A stretch of DNA of 64,000 nt from an uncultured Armatimonadia bacterium. GTDB taxonomy: Bacteria > Armatimonadota > Zipacnadia > CAVVLO01. Position 1 is the stretch's first letter. Each line of letters opens with the position of its first letter. The position numbers and the translations under genes were made by a program. The notes below the pieces were generated by a model. It searched no databases, was not told where the DNA came from, and was given only the letters and a program-made list of their open reading frames with translations. Positions 1 to 9,729 of the stretch are shown one piece after another. The stretch spans positions 448,001 through 512,000 of the forward strand of contig CAVVLO010000003.1 of NCBI GenBank assembly GCA_963749155.1, written 5' to 3'.

Positions 1-1
1 G

Positions 2-412
2 GTCTTCAAACCGCGCTACGCCGCCCAATTCGCGCGCATCCACGAGGCCGGCAAGAAGGTCTGGTTCCACTGCTGCGGCAACGTGTGGGACGTCATCGGC
101 GACTTCATCGAGGCCGGCGTTGACGTGCTCGAGCTGCTTCAGCCCGACGTGTTTGGCGTAGAGCGCCTCGGCGAGACTTTCGGCGGTCAGGTCACTTTCT
201 GCTGCGCCGTAGACCATCAGCGCGTCGCCTGCACGGGCACGCGGGAGGAGCTTCTCGCCTACGCCGAGCGCCTGAACGCCAATCTTGGCTGCTTCGGCGG
301 CGGCTTCATCGGCTATGTGGAGGACTACCACAGCCTCGCGATGCCCGAGGAGAACTACCAGACTCTGCGCGAGGCCTTTGCCCGCCTCGTCCCGCCCCCA
401 AGGAGTCGCTGA
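2..412 (+). CDS. Uroporphyrinogen decarboxylase / MtaA-CmuA methyltransferase family protein, 5'-truncated by the window edge
   Basis: Frame 2 is open from the window start: VFKPRYAAQFARIHEAGKKVWFHCCGNVWDVIGDFIEAGVDVL...VDHQ...GGGFI, the typical C-terminal half of the URO-D TIM barrel. The stop overlaps the next ATG. Confidence 0.85.
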   Translation, partial: VFKPRYAAQFARIHEAGKKVWFHCCGNVWDVIGDFIEAGVDVLELLQPDVFGVERLGETFGGQVTFCCAVDHQRVACTGTREELLAYAERLNANLGCFGGGFIGYVEDYHSLAMPEENYQTLREAFARLVPPPRSR

Positions 413-1587
413 TGAGCCTCTATCGCGAGCGTTTCGCGCTTACCTTCGCCCATAAACCGGTCGATCGCTGCCCGATTGACCTGGGCGGCACGCCGCAGTC
501 CACCATCGAAGGCCCAACCGGCCAGCAAGCCCTGGCAGAGTATCTCGGTTTCACCGGCCCTGCCCCGGCGGACTATCCCACCTTCGACCGGCGGCTGCTG
601 GAACATTTCGACATTGACTTCCGCCGGTGCGGTGGGCTGTTCGCCTTCGAGACTGGCCGCGCGCATCATATCTCGGCGACCGAGCAGGTGGACGGTTGGG
701 GAATCAAGTTCCGCTTCAGCGGGCAGTTTTGGGACATCATCGAGGGCCCGCTGCAGCACGCGGACAAGGACGCGGTGGCGAAGTTCGAGTTCCCCACTCT
801 CGACCAGGCCGTGCCGCGCGACTGGCTTGAGAAGTGGACTGCGCTGGCCAGGTATCTGTATGAGGAGACGCCCTGGGTCGTCGTGGGAGAGCATCCCGTC
901 TTCGGCGTGCTGGAGCTGGCCTGCTGGCTGGCCGGCTACGACTGGGTGATGCTCCAGATGGCCGATGACCCCGAGTGGGTGCATCTCTTCTTCGAGCGCA
1001 TCTACCAGTTCCAGCGCCCGTTGATCGAGGCCTACTACTCGGCGATTGGGCGGTATATCCACCTGACGACCAGCGGGGACGACTTCGGCACGCAGAAGGC
1101 GCCTTTCTGCTCGCCGGCGATGTTCCGCGAGTACGTGATGCCGTATCTCAAACGCAGGATCGCCTACACGAAGCGCTTCACGGACGCCTATTTTATGCAC
1201 CACAGTTGCGGGGCGGTGTTCGACCTGGTGCCGAGCCTGCTGGAGGCGGGCGTCGAGGCGCTCAACCCCATCCAGCCAGTGGTCGGGATGGCTCCTGACA
1301 GGCTGAAAGCGACCTATGGCGATCAGCTCGTCTTCCACGGGGGACTGGACACGCAGGAAGTGCTGCCGAGCGGCAGCGAGGCGCATATCCGCCAGGCGGT
1401 GGCGGAGCTGCTTGCCGCGATGAAGCCCACCGAGAGCGGCGGCTTCATATTCGCTCCCGCGCATAACCTGCAGAGTGACGTCTCCCCCGCCTCAATCGCC
1501 TGGATGTATGAGGCGGCGGGGGGAAGGGAGTCTCGGAAGCTGGCGCTGCGCGTGGCGCTTGCGGATGGCTCGGCTTCGTTCGCGTAG
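412..1587 (+). CDS. URO-D / MtaA-CmuA family protein
   Basis: RERF..TFAHKPVDRCPIDLG N-terminus; SGDDFGTQ, FMHHSCG, LNPIQP, FHGGLDTQ and GGFIFAPAHNLQ motifs. The last ~25 aa may be read-through caused by local indels. Confidence 0.9.
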   Translation: MSLYRERFALTFAHKPVDRCPIDLGGTPQSTIEGPTGQQALAEYLGFTGPAPADYPTFDRRLLEHFDIDFRRCGGLFAFETGRAHHISATEQVDGWGIKFRFSGQFWDIIEGPLQHADKDAVAKFEFPTLDQAVPRDWLEKWTALARYLYEETPWVVVGEHPVFGVLELACWLAGYDWVMLQMADDPEWVHLFFERIYQFQRPLIEAYYSAIGRYIHLTTSGDDFGTQKAPFCSPAMFREYVMPYLKRRIAYTKRFTDAYFMHHSCGAVFDLVPSLLEAGVEALNPIQPVVGMAPDRLKATYGDQLVFHGGLDTQEVLPSGSEAHIRQAVAELLAAMKPTESGGFIFAPAHNLQSDVSPASIAWMYEAAGGRESRKLALRVALADGSASFA

Positions 1588-3139
1588 TACTTGGCCTCGT
1601 CCTTGCGGCCATAGCTCAGCATTTAGCCAGTGACTCGGCGGTATCCGCAGTGTCGGGGTGAGCGTTGCCAACGCCTTGAGCCTGACAGCAGCGCCGCTCG
1701 AGCTTGGCAAGGCTTCGAGTACTGCCATCGTATGCAATGGCGAGCAAGCCAGGCTGTTCAGCACTGGTAGCGCTCGGAGGCTGGTGGCTCATGCGCCCCA
1801 GTGCGCCTCTCTGATCGCATGAGCGACCGCTCAAAGAGGGGCAGCGCCTCTGGTACTTGCCCATCGATTCATCAGCCCCGCCAGGTTGTTCAGGCTGGTG
1901 GCGGTGTCGGGGTGGTCGGCCCCAAGCTGCGCCTCACTTATCGCAAGCGACCGCTCATACAGGGGCAGCGCCTTGTCATACTGCCCCATCGAATCATACA
2001 GCCCCGCCAGGTTGTTCAGGCTAGTGGCGGTGTCGGGGTGGTCGGCCCCAAGCTGCGCCTCCCTTATCGAGACGCCCGCTCATACAGGGGCAGCGCCTCC
2101 TGCATACTGCCCCATCGAATCTACAGCCCCGCCAGGTTGTTGAGGCGGTAGCAAGCCGGGTGGTCTGCCAGTGCGCCTCCTGTATCGCAAGCGCCCGTGA
2201 TCAGGGGCAGCGCCTCCTGGTACTTGCCCATCGCCTATATAGACGCTCGCCAGGTTGTTCAGGCTGGTGGCGGTGTCCGGGTGGTCGGCCCCAAGCTGCG
2301 CCTCACTGATCGAGAGCGCCTGCTCAGAGGGGCAACTGCCTCCTGATAGCGCCCCTGAGTTGAAGTACAGCGCTGCGCTAGCCTGTTGATGGCTTCCGCG
2401 CACTCGACAGACTGGCTCGCGACTGCCGAGTACGCGTCATCGCGACAGCCGACTGCTCAGCTCAGCTCGATGCAGCGCCTTGTAGTGCCGGACGCTTGAG
2501 TTCGCTCCACGTACCTGCCACAGGCTGGTAGTTCAGGCCGCTCGACGTCTCTCTGCAGTCGGTCGCAGTACTCCGGAGTAGCGCACATCTGCCGACTGGC
2601 AACGCAGCTCGGCGCGAAAGCCGCTGTACGCACGTCCTGGCGCAATTGCTCCCACAGGCATACATCGCTCTCCGGCTTCGCCAGCTATCGCCTCCTAGCA
2701 GCTGGACTGCTTTGGGTCGTTCGAGCGCGCACTTGAGCCGCGTTCAGCTACGTCGTCGAGCTCTATGATAGCCGCAGCGCTCGGCAACCACGCACTGGCC
2801 AGTGCAGCTCATGACAGCCTCTCATCAACGTGCTGGCGCGCAGAGTCCGGCAGCTCCCGTGTCCGCATCGTGTAGTCGACGAGAGGACAGTTGTTGCTGA
2901 CCGCAGTATACCGATCCGCGCGCTCTGCGCCAACGCGTCGTCGATTCCGATCGAACGAGTCAGGTCAGCCATCCTGGGTAGCAGCGACTCCGACCAGTAG
3001 CGCGACGCTGGCAGACGCTTGCGCTGCCGCCGCCATCATCGCCCAGAAGCCGTTCATAACAAGCGCTCTTGAGCCGTCCTTCGTGGCTGATAGCGAGACT
3101 GAACACCAGGTCAGCGCACCGGCCTGATCGAGCTGCCAT
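1530..3139 (-). pseudogene. Heavily frameshifted TIR-like + TPR (42-aa kinesin-light-chain type) protein
   Basis: The 126-bp repeats at about 1650-2350 read on the minus strand as ...EAQLGADHPDTATSLNNLA..Y...G.Y..ALPL. An ATG at 3139 follows GGAGAGG. Fragments DLVF..SH.D, IDDALAQSARIGIL and VSNN.LSSDY...RELP resemble a TIR_2 domain. The 3' end is approximate. Confidence 0.6.
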
Positions 3140-3245
3140 CTCTAGCACCTCTCCGTGACCTTTTGCACTCGAGGCGCTTCCATTCGTACGTACGGGACTT
3201 GGCGAGTTTGAGGCGTTGTTGCGCGGGGATTTGCCGCTGAGTTTC

Positions 3246-3597
3246 GGACCATCACCATAGGTTTCGGGAGCGAAGATCTCCCGAAACACGCGGCCGTAGC
3301 GGGGCAGGGGCGAGCGATGCGCACAGCTCGGCGGGCGGGCCTTCCTTCTGGCGTGTATCGAGATAAAGAAGGTGGCGTGTATCGGGAGCTTGCTCCCGAT
3401 ACCTGTTCCGGACCATCACCTAGGTTTCGGGAGCGGAGACTCCCGAAACACGCGGCCGTGGGGGCAGGGGCGAGCGGTGCGCGCCTGCCTTCCTTCTGGC
3501 GTGCATCGAGATAAAAAAAGTGGCGTGTATCGGGAGCTTGCTCCCGATACCTGTTCCGGGCCATCACCAAGGTTTCGGGAGCGCAGACTCCCGAAAC
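3246..3597. repeat. Tandem ~150-165 bp intergenic repeat (about 2.3 copies) with five alternating REP-like hairpins
   Basis: GTTTCGGGAG-n6/7-CTCCCGAAAC at 3261, 3424 and 3572 alternates with GTATCGGGAG-CTTG-CTCCCGATAC at 3379 and 3527. The linker sequences are also repeated. Confidence 0.85.
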
Positions 3598-3675
3598 ATC
3601 GAGGGCTGGGGGTGACCCGCAGGACATCTCCTTCCCTTCGCGAATACCTCTGGGCTGTTGCTGGAGGGTTGGTTT

Positions 3676-6628
3676 ATGGGAATCAAATTGCTCTGCCTGC
3701 TAATTGCATTCTGCGCGCCCTGGCTTGCCTGGGCTGAAGGAGTCGTGCCGCAAGTGGCTGTCGAAATCGAACGGGGGCCTGAGGCCCTCAGCCTCACTCA
3801 CGCGGGAGGGAGCCTGGCGGTATCGCTGCTCTCGCCCGCCGTCACGCTGTCCGGAGAGCGCCTGGGAGGCCTGGCGCCTCTCTCCATCGCGGGAGACGTC
3901 GCCGCCCCAGAGGGCCTGACCCTCTACTACCCCGCCCAGCCCCTCTCCACAGGCGGAACGCTGCTCTCTCACGTCACAATCACCTTCGATGCAAGCGCCG
4001 GAGAGCTGCGCAAGACGCTTCGCCTGGGGCTTTCAGAGGACGCACAGCGCCGCCTTATCGAGGATATCACGCTGGAACGGCTTCCCGCCGCGGGTGTGGA
4101 CTTCTCCCCCGCCCCGCCCTACAGCTATCCGGCCTTCGGGAAGGGCTGGTTCGCCGGGATTGAGTTCCCCGTCGCGACAACGCGCATCGAGGGGGACGAG
4201 GTGATCCTCTCGCATGCACCGGGCAAGTGGCTGGAGCCTGGCGAGTGGCGCGAGAGCCGCACCGAGCTGATTGGCTTCACGCCGGTGGGGCAGGAGATCG
4301 CCGTCTTCAAGCAATATGTCCGCAACCTGCGCGGGCCGCGGCCTGGAATCCATATCAACTACAACTCGTGGTGGACCTCGGGTGTGCCCTTCAACGAGGA
4401 GGAGATCCTCGGGCTGATGGACGAGTTCCGCGTCAACCTGACCGAGCGGTCGGGCCAGCACTTCGACACTTTCGCCATTGACCTGGGCTGGTCGGACCCG
4501 AAGACGCTGTGGGAGATAGACAGGAAGAGCTTCCCGCAGGGGTTTGAGGGCATCTCGAAGGGCACCCAGCGGATGGACAGCTACCTGGGCCTGTGGATGT
4601 CGCCGTCGGTCTTCTACCCGCAGGCCTTCGACAGCGAATGGGCGCGCGAGCAGGGCTACGAGACCCAGGTCATAGACTGGGGCAGCAAGCTGCGCCTGAT
4701 GTGCCTGGGCGGGCCAAAATACCAGCAGGCCTATCAGCAGCGGATGGTCGAGATGGCCACCGTGTGGGGAGTGCGGCATTACAAATTCGATGGCTTCTAC
4801 GTCACTTGCAATGAGACCGACCACGGCCATGAGCCTGGCGTTTTATCTTGCGAGACAGTGGCCGAAGGACTTATCAGCGTGTTCGAGGCGCTGAGGGAAG
4901 CCGCGCCCGACACGTGGCTCGAGCCGACCTGTTTCAACTACAACCCAAGCCCGTGGTGGTTCCGCTGGGTGGATTCGGCGCTGACGACTTTCGGCGACGA
5001 CGCCCCTCCAGGGCGGGTGCCCTGCCCGGTGTGGAGCGAGAGCCTCACCAGCGGGCGCGACTACTTCTGCCTGCAGGGGGCCTACTGGCTGCCGCTGCCG
5101 GCGGTCGGGCTGGAGGCGCTCGGGCTTATCCACCAGACACCCTATCCGTATCTGAACGACGGCGTGACGGTGCTGCTGCGCGGGCATCAGTTTATGCCGG
5201 TCTATCTCAATCCCAAGTATATGAACGCAGCGCGCTGGGATCAGCTCGGGGGGCTGTTCAAGTGGGCGCGGGAGCATTCCGACCTGCTGTCCCAGAGTGA
5301 AGTCTTGCTGCCTGTCTCGTGGCAAGGCGGCAAAGCACCCAAGCTGCTGCAGCATGAGAAGATGCCCCGCGAGCCGTATGGTTATACGCACTTCGTCGGG
5401 GAGGAAGGTTTGGTGCATCTGCGCAACCCGTGGGTCACCGAAAGCAGCTACACCTTCAAACTGGACGCGTCGGTCGGCTTCCCGGAGGGCCTTGCAGGGC
5501 CTCTCGGTCTGGAGCGTCTACCCCGAAGCGCGCCTGTACGCGCAGGGCGTTGGGTATGGCGATTCTCTGACCGTGCCTCTTGCGCCGTATGAGACCGTCG
5601 TGCTGCGCTTTGGAGCGGCCTCTGAAGCCCCGGCTGGGCTGCCAACCCCGCCAGCGGCGACCTCTGGCGTTCAGGTCAAGGTGATCGAGCAAGAAGTGAA
5701 GGCCTTGAAGTTTGACGATGCGGGTGGTGAGCTGACTGTGGACACGACGCCACTTATCCGCACACCCGAGGCGCTGAGCGTGAAGCTGAAAGCCGGCCTC
5801 TCCGGCGCGCAGGGCGAGCCTCAGTTGCTTGTATTGCTGGAATCCGACCACACCGTCAGTGAATTCGGCGGGGTGGAGGTGCTGGCCGATGGCGTGCCCA
5901 TCGAGACCAGGCAAGAGGTCTCCGACGCCGGCTGGACAGCGACGATGCTGCCGAAGGCGGAATACTGGCGCTTCCTCCTTGCCGATTTGCCGAAGGGCAC
6001 GAAAGAGGTCAGCTTGAGGTTCCTCTGCGCGTTGAACGAGTTGCCTTCGGTCTGGGTGTGGGACAAACGCGATGTCGCCGCCGGCCCGCGCGACCTGCCG
6101 GAGCTGCTGCCCGCACCCGAGGTCATCAGCCTGGGGGGCGCCTGTGTGCTGGCGGTAGAAGCTGAAACGCTTGCCGCGCTGCCCAGGGAGACTGCCAATC
6201 GGCCTGTGGAGAAGATAAACGGCGTCTTCCTCGACACGCTCGACCCTGTGAAAGCGACGCAAGGGTATGGGAAGCTGGAACGCAACCAGAGCGTGTGGGA
6301 GAAGTCGCTTGGGGTCGCTGGGAAGCTCTTCTCACGTGGCCTGGGCAGCCACGCTAACGCCGAACTGGTTTGGAATATCGAAGGCAAGTATCGCCGTTTC
6401 CAGACCTGGGTCGGCTGCAACCACAACAACGCCGCCACCGTGACTTTCGAGGTGCTGGTAGATGGCCAAAAGCGCTGGGAGTCCGGCCTGATGCAGCGCG
6501 ATATGGAAGCTAAATGGGTGGACCTTGATGTCTCTGGCGCGCGCGAGCTGAAAGTACTGATTGGTGATGGCGGAGACAACATAGTAGGCGACCACGCCGA
6601 CCTCGGCGAGGCCAGGCTGCTTTATTAA
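3676..6628 (+). CDS. Secreted clan GH-D-like (alpha-galactosidase-like) glycoside hydrolase with C-terminal NPCBM/NEW2 module; one frameshift near 5500
   Basis: RBS GGAGGG and signal peptide MGIKLLCLLIAFCAPWLAWA. Motifs YNSWW, FAIDLGW, LGLWMSP, YKFDG. The C-terminus is NPCBM-like (RGLGSHANAELVW..EGKYRRFQTWVG...FEVLVDG...LDVSGARELK...GDGGD...DHAD). ORFs 3658-5592 and 5297-6628 join and align with the adjacent paralog. Confidence 0.75.
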
Positions 6629-6650
6629 GTAATCCACTGGGGGAACGGAT

Positions 6651-9622
6651 ATGCGTACCTGGCTACTCGCAGGTTTACTGCTGCTTGGAGTGATGACGAT
6701 GGCGCTGGCGGGAGAGTATGCGCCTCCCGCGCCTGCCGAGGTGCAGGTGGAGGGTAACTCTATTGTTGCGACTCACGCGGGTGGGCAACTGGAGATATCC
6801 TTGCGGTGTCCCGGTTTCACCTTCAATGAGAATACCTTCTCCGGCGGCGCGGAGCCCCTTGCGGTCACTGGCGACCTGGCCTCGGGGCTGGAGGTCTATT
6901 ATCCCGCGATGTCCCTGCCCTTTGGCGGCAGCCTGCTGGCGCACAGCACCCTCACCTGGTCACCAGAGGAGGGGGCACTGCGCAAGTGGACGCGCTATGC
7001 CCTTTCGGACGACGCCCCGTCGAATCAACTAGTGCGCGACATCGTGCTGTGGACGCACAAAGCTCAGGGCGCCAGGTGGCATCCGGGCGTGCCTTATAGC
7101 TATCCCGTCTATCTGCCTGGCTTCTTCTGCGGTATCGAATACCCGGCCGCCACGACGCGCGTGGAAGGTGACCTGGTCGTCCTCTCGCAAACCCCAGGCA
7201 AGCGACTTGTGCCTGGCCAGTGGTATGAGACGCACAAAGCCGTTTGGGGCTTCACGCCCGTTGGGGAGGAACTGGCGAGCTTCAAGCGCTATCTGATGGA
7301 CCTGCGCCGTCAGCGCGATCTGGAGGCCAACCGGCGCGAGATTATGTTCGACTACAACACCTGGTGGACGACAGGCGTCCCCTTCACCGCGGACGATCTG
7401 GTCAAGCTTGCGGGGCAACTCGAGGCAGGGCTAGGCACCCCCGAGAAAGCCCAGTTCGACCTCTTCACGCTGGATATGGGCTGGTCAGATACCCACTCCA
7501 TCTGGCAGCTCGAGCCGAAGGGCTATCCGCAGGGACTTGCGCCGGTCCGGCGCGCGGCGAAGGCGCTAGGGCGGAAGTGGGCATCTGGATGTCCCCCTCC
7601 TCGGCCTACCCAGGCGCGCTGGACAACAAGTGGGCCCTCGAGCAGGGATTTGAAAGCCTGCCCGCCCCCTGGATGGGCGAGGGGATGCGCTATCTGTGTC
7701 AGGCGGGGCCGAAATACCAGTCGGCATGGCAGCAGCAGATTGTAAACCTTATCAAGACCGAGGGCGTGAAGCAGTTCAAGTTCGACGCCTTCCACCCCTA
7801 TTGCCCCGAGACCGGCCATGGCCACGAGCCTGATCCACTCGCCAGCGAGGCAATGATAGACAACTATGTCGAGATGGTCGAAGTCGCGCGCAAGACTGAT
7901 CCCAACGTGTGGATCGAGCCGTATGGCCTTGGTTATTGCCCCAGCCCCTGGTGGCTGCTGTGGGCCGACTGCGCCCTGGGCACCCACGGGGACGATGCCC
8001 CTCCAGGTCGAGTGCCAAGTCCGGTGTGGAAGGAGAGCCTCACAAGCGGGCGCGACTTCTTCGTGCTGCAGGGCAGCTACTGGAGCAGTTGCCCCAACGT
8101 CACGCAGGAGGCCATCGGGCTGGTCAACCAGAACGCCGATCCCTTCCTCAATGACGCTGTCGTGACCTGCCTGCGCGGCAACCAGTATATCGCTCCCTAT
8201 CTCAATCCGAAGTATATGGACGAGACCCGCTGGGGGCAGCTTGGCGCGCTGATGAACTGGACGCGCGCCCACTGGAACCTGCTCGAGGAGACTGTCCCGC
8301 TGCTGCCTGCCGACTGGCAGGGGGGCAAGTGTCCCTACATCACCAACGCCCCTGCGATGCCTCGCCAACCTTACGGCTATGCCCATTTCAAGGGTAATGA
8401 GGGGCTGGTGTTGCTGCGCAATCCGTGGCTCGAGGAGGCCACCTACTCCGTGCCACTGGACGAGACAGTGGGTCTCTCGCCGGATGCCAAAGGCCTGGTC
8501 GCGGTCGGGGTCTATCCCGAGGCGCGCCTCTATGGAAACAACCTCTCCTCAGGTGGCAAGCTCGACGTGCCTCTGGCGCCCTATGAGACACTGGTACTGC
8601 GCCTCGCGCCGGCGGCGGTCTTCCCCACAGCGAACCTGGCCGGCCCGCCGGCCGCCCAGCAAGTGGTTTCAGCGACGGTCACGGCAAGTGCTGTCCGCAA
8701 GGTGAAATACACCACGCCAGCCGAGCTGACTGCCGACTCGACACCGCTCCTCACCGCCGATGAGGCGACCGAGTTTAGCCTCGCAGCCGAGGTCGAGGTC
8801 GTGGAAGGCACAGCCGAGTTGCTCGTGCTGACCGAGGGCACCGCGCCAGTCGAGGCGCCTCTCAACGTGGATATTACTATCGATGGCAAGCCTGTCGCTA
8901 CGCGTCTGATGAACTCCGCCTCGGGCTGGACCGCCACCGGTTATCCCAAAGCCGAACACTGGACCTTCCTCATTGCCGATGTGCCGAGTGGCAAACACCA
9001 GGTCAGCCTGGAGTTCCTCACAAGCAGCGATCTGCCGCCTTCAATCTGGCTTTGGAGCAACCGCGCAAAGCCCGTCGGGCCGCGCGACTTCCCCGAGTTA
9101 ATGCCAGCCCCTGAGCAGATCTCACTCGGTAGCGCCAGACTGCTTGCCTTCACTCAAGAGCAACTGGCCGCATTGCCGGTCGAGGAGGTAGAGCGCCCGG
9201 TTGAACGCATCAACGGGGTGTTCCTCGACACGATGGAACCTGTGAAGTCAGTGCAGAACTGGGGCATCCTGCAGCGCAACCAAAGCGTCTGGGAGAAGCC
9301 TCTCCTGCTGGGCGGCAAACGCTTCGTGCGGGGACTCGGCACTCACGCCAACGCGGAACTCGTTTGGGATCTGGAAGGCAAGTATCGGCGCTTCCATACC
9401 TGGATTGGGAGCGATGGCAACTACGTGGGCACCGTGACCTTCGAGCTGTGGGTGGACGGCGTGAGGCGCGCCTCGACCGGCCTGGTGAACGCCGATATGG
9501 CGCCCAAACGCTGGGATGTCGACGTTACCGGCGCGCGCGAACTCAAGGTCATCGTCACCGACGGCGGAGATGGCATCCCCTGCGACCACGCCGACCTTTG
9601 CGACGCTAAACTGCTCTTCTAA
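6651..9622 (+). CDS. Tandem paralog: secreted clan GH-D-like hydrolase with NPCBM module; one frameshift near 7570
   Basis: Signal peptide; YNTWW, FTLDMGW, GIWMSP, FKFDA motifs; colinear with the upstream gene (GDDAPPGRVP.PVW.ESLTSGRD.F.LQG shared). ORFs 6651-7745 and 7244-9622 join. Confidence 0.75.
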
Positions 9623-9640
9623 GGCTTAACGGCTGAAAGG

Positions 9641-9725
9641 CGCAGGGGGTATTACCCCCTGCACCCCCGGTCTCGCTTCGCGCCGCAGGCCCAATATGGG
9701 GGTGCAGGGGTCACTGACCCCTGCG
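9641..9725. repeat. Inverted pair of REP-like hairpins between convergent genes
   Basis: GCAGGGGGT-ATT-ACCCCCTGC(ACCCCC) and (GGGGGT)GCAGGGGTCA-C-TGACCCCTGC; the same family recurs at 48994 and 51462. Confidence 0.75.
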
Positions 9726-9729
9726 GTGT

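Noticed and set aside
355..1464. 369-aa minus-strand ORF, and similar long antisense ORFs (9826-11058, 40320-41597, 47903-48880, 59860-60795)
   Set aside because: They lie opposite well-supported genes, a typical artefact of high GC3, and contain no recognisable motifs.
3246..3597. Possible CRISPR array (palindromic repeats at regular spacing)
   Set aside because: The intervening sequences are themselves repeated rather than unique spacers, two repeat types alternate, and no cas genes are visible.
5490..7580. Programmed ribosomal frameshifting in the two GH-D-like paralogs
   Set aside because: The shifts occur at different positions in the two paralogs, there is no evident slippery heptamer with a downstream structure, and indels are common throughout the window.
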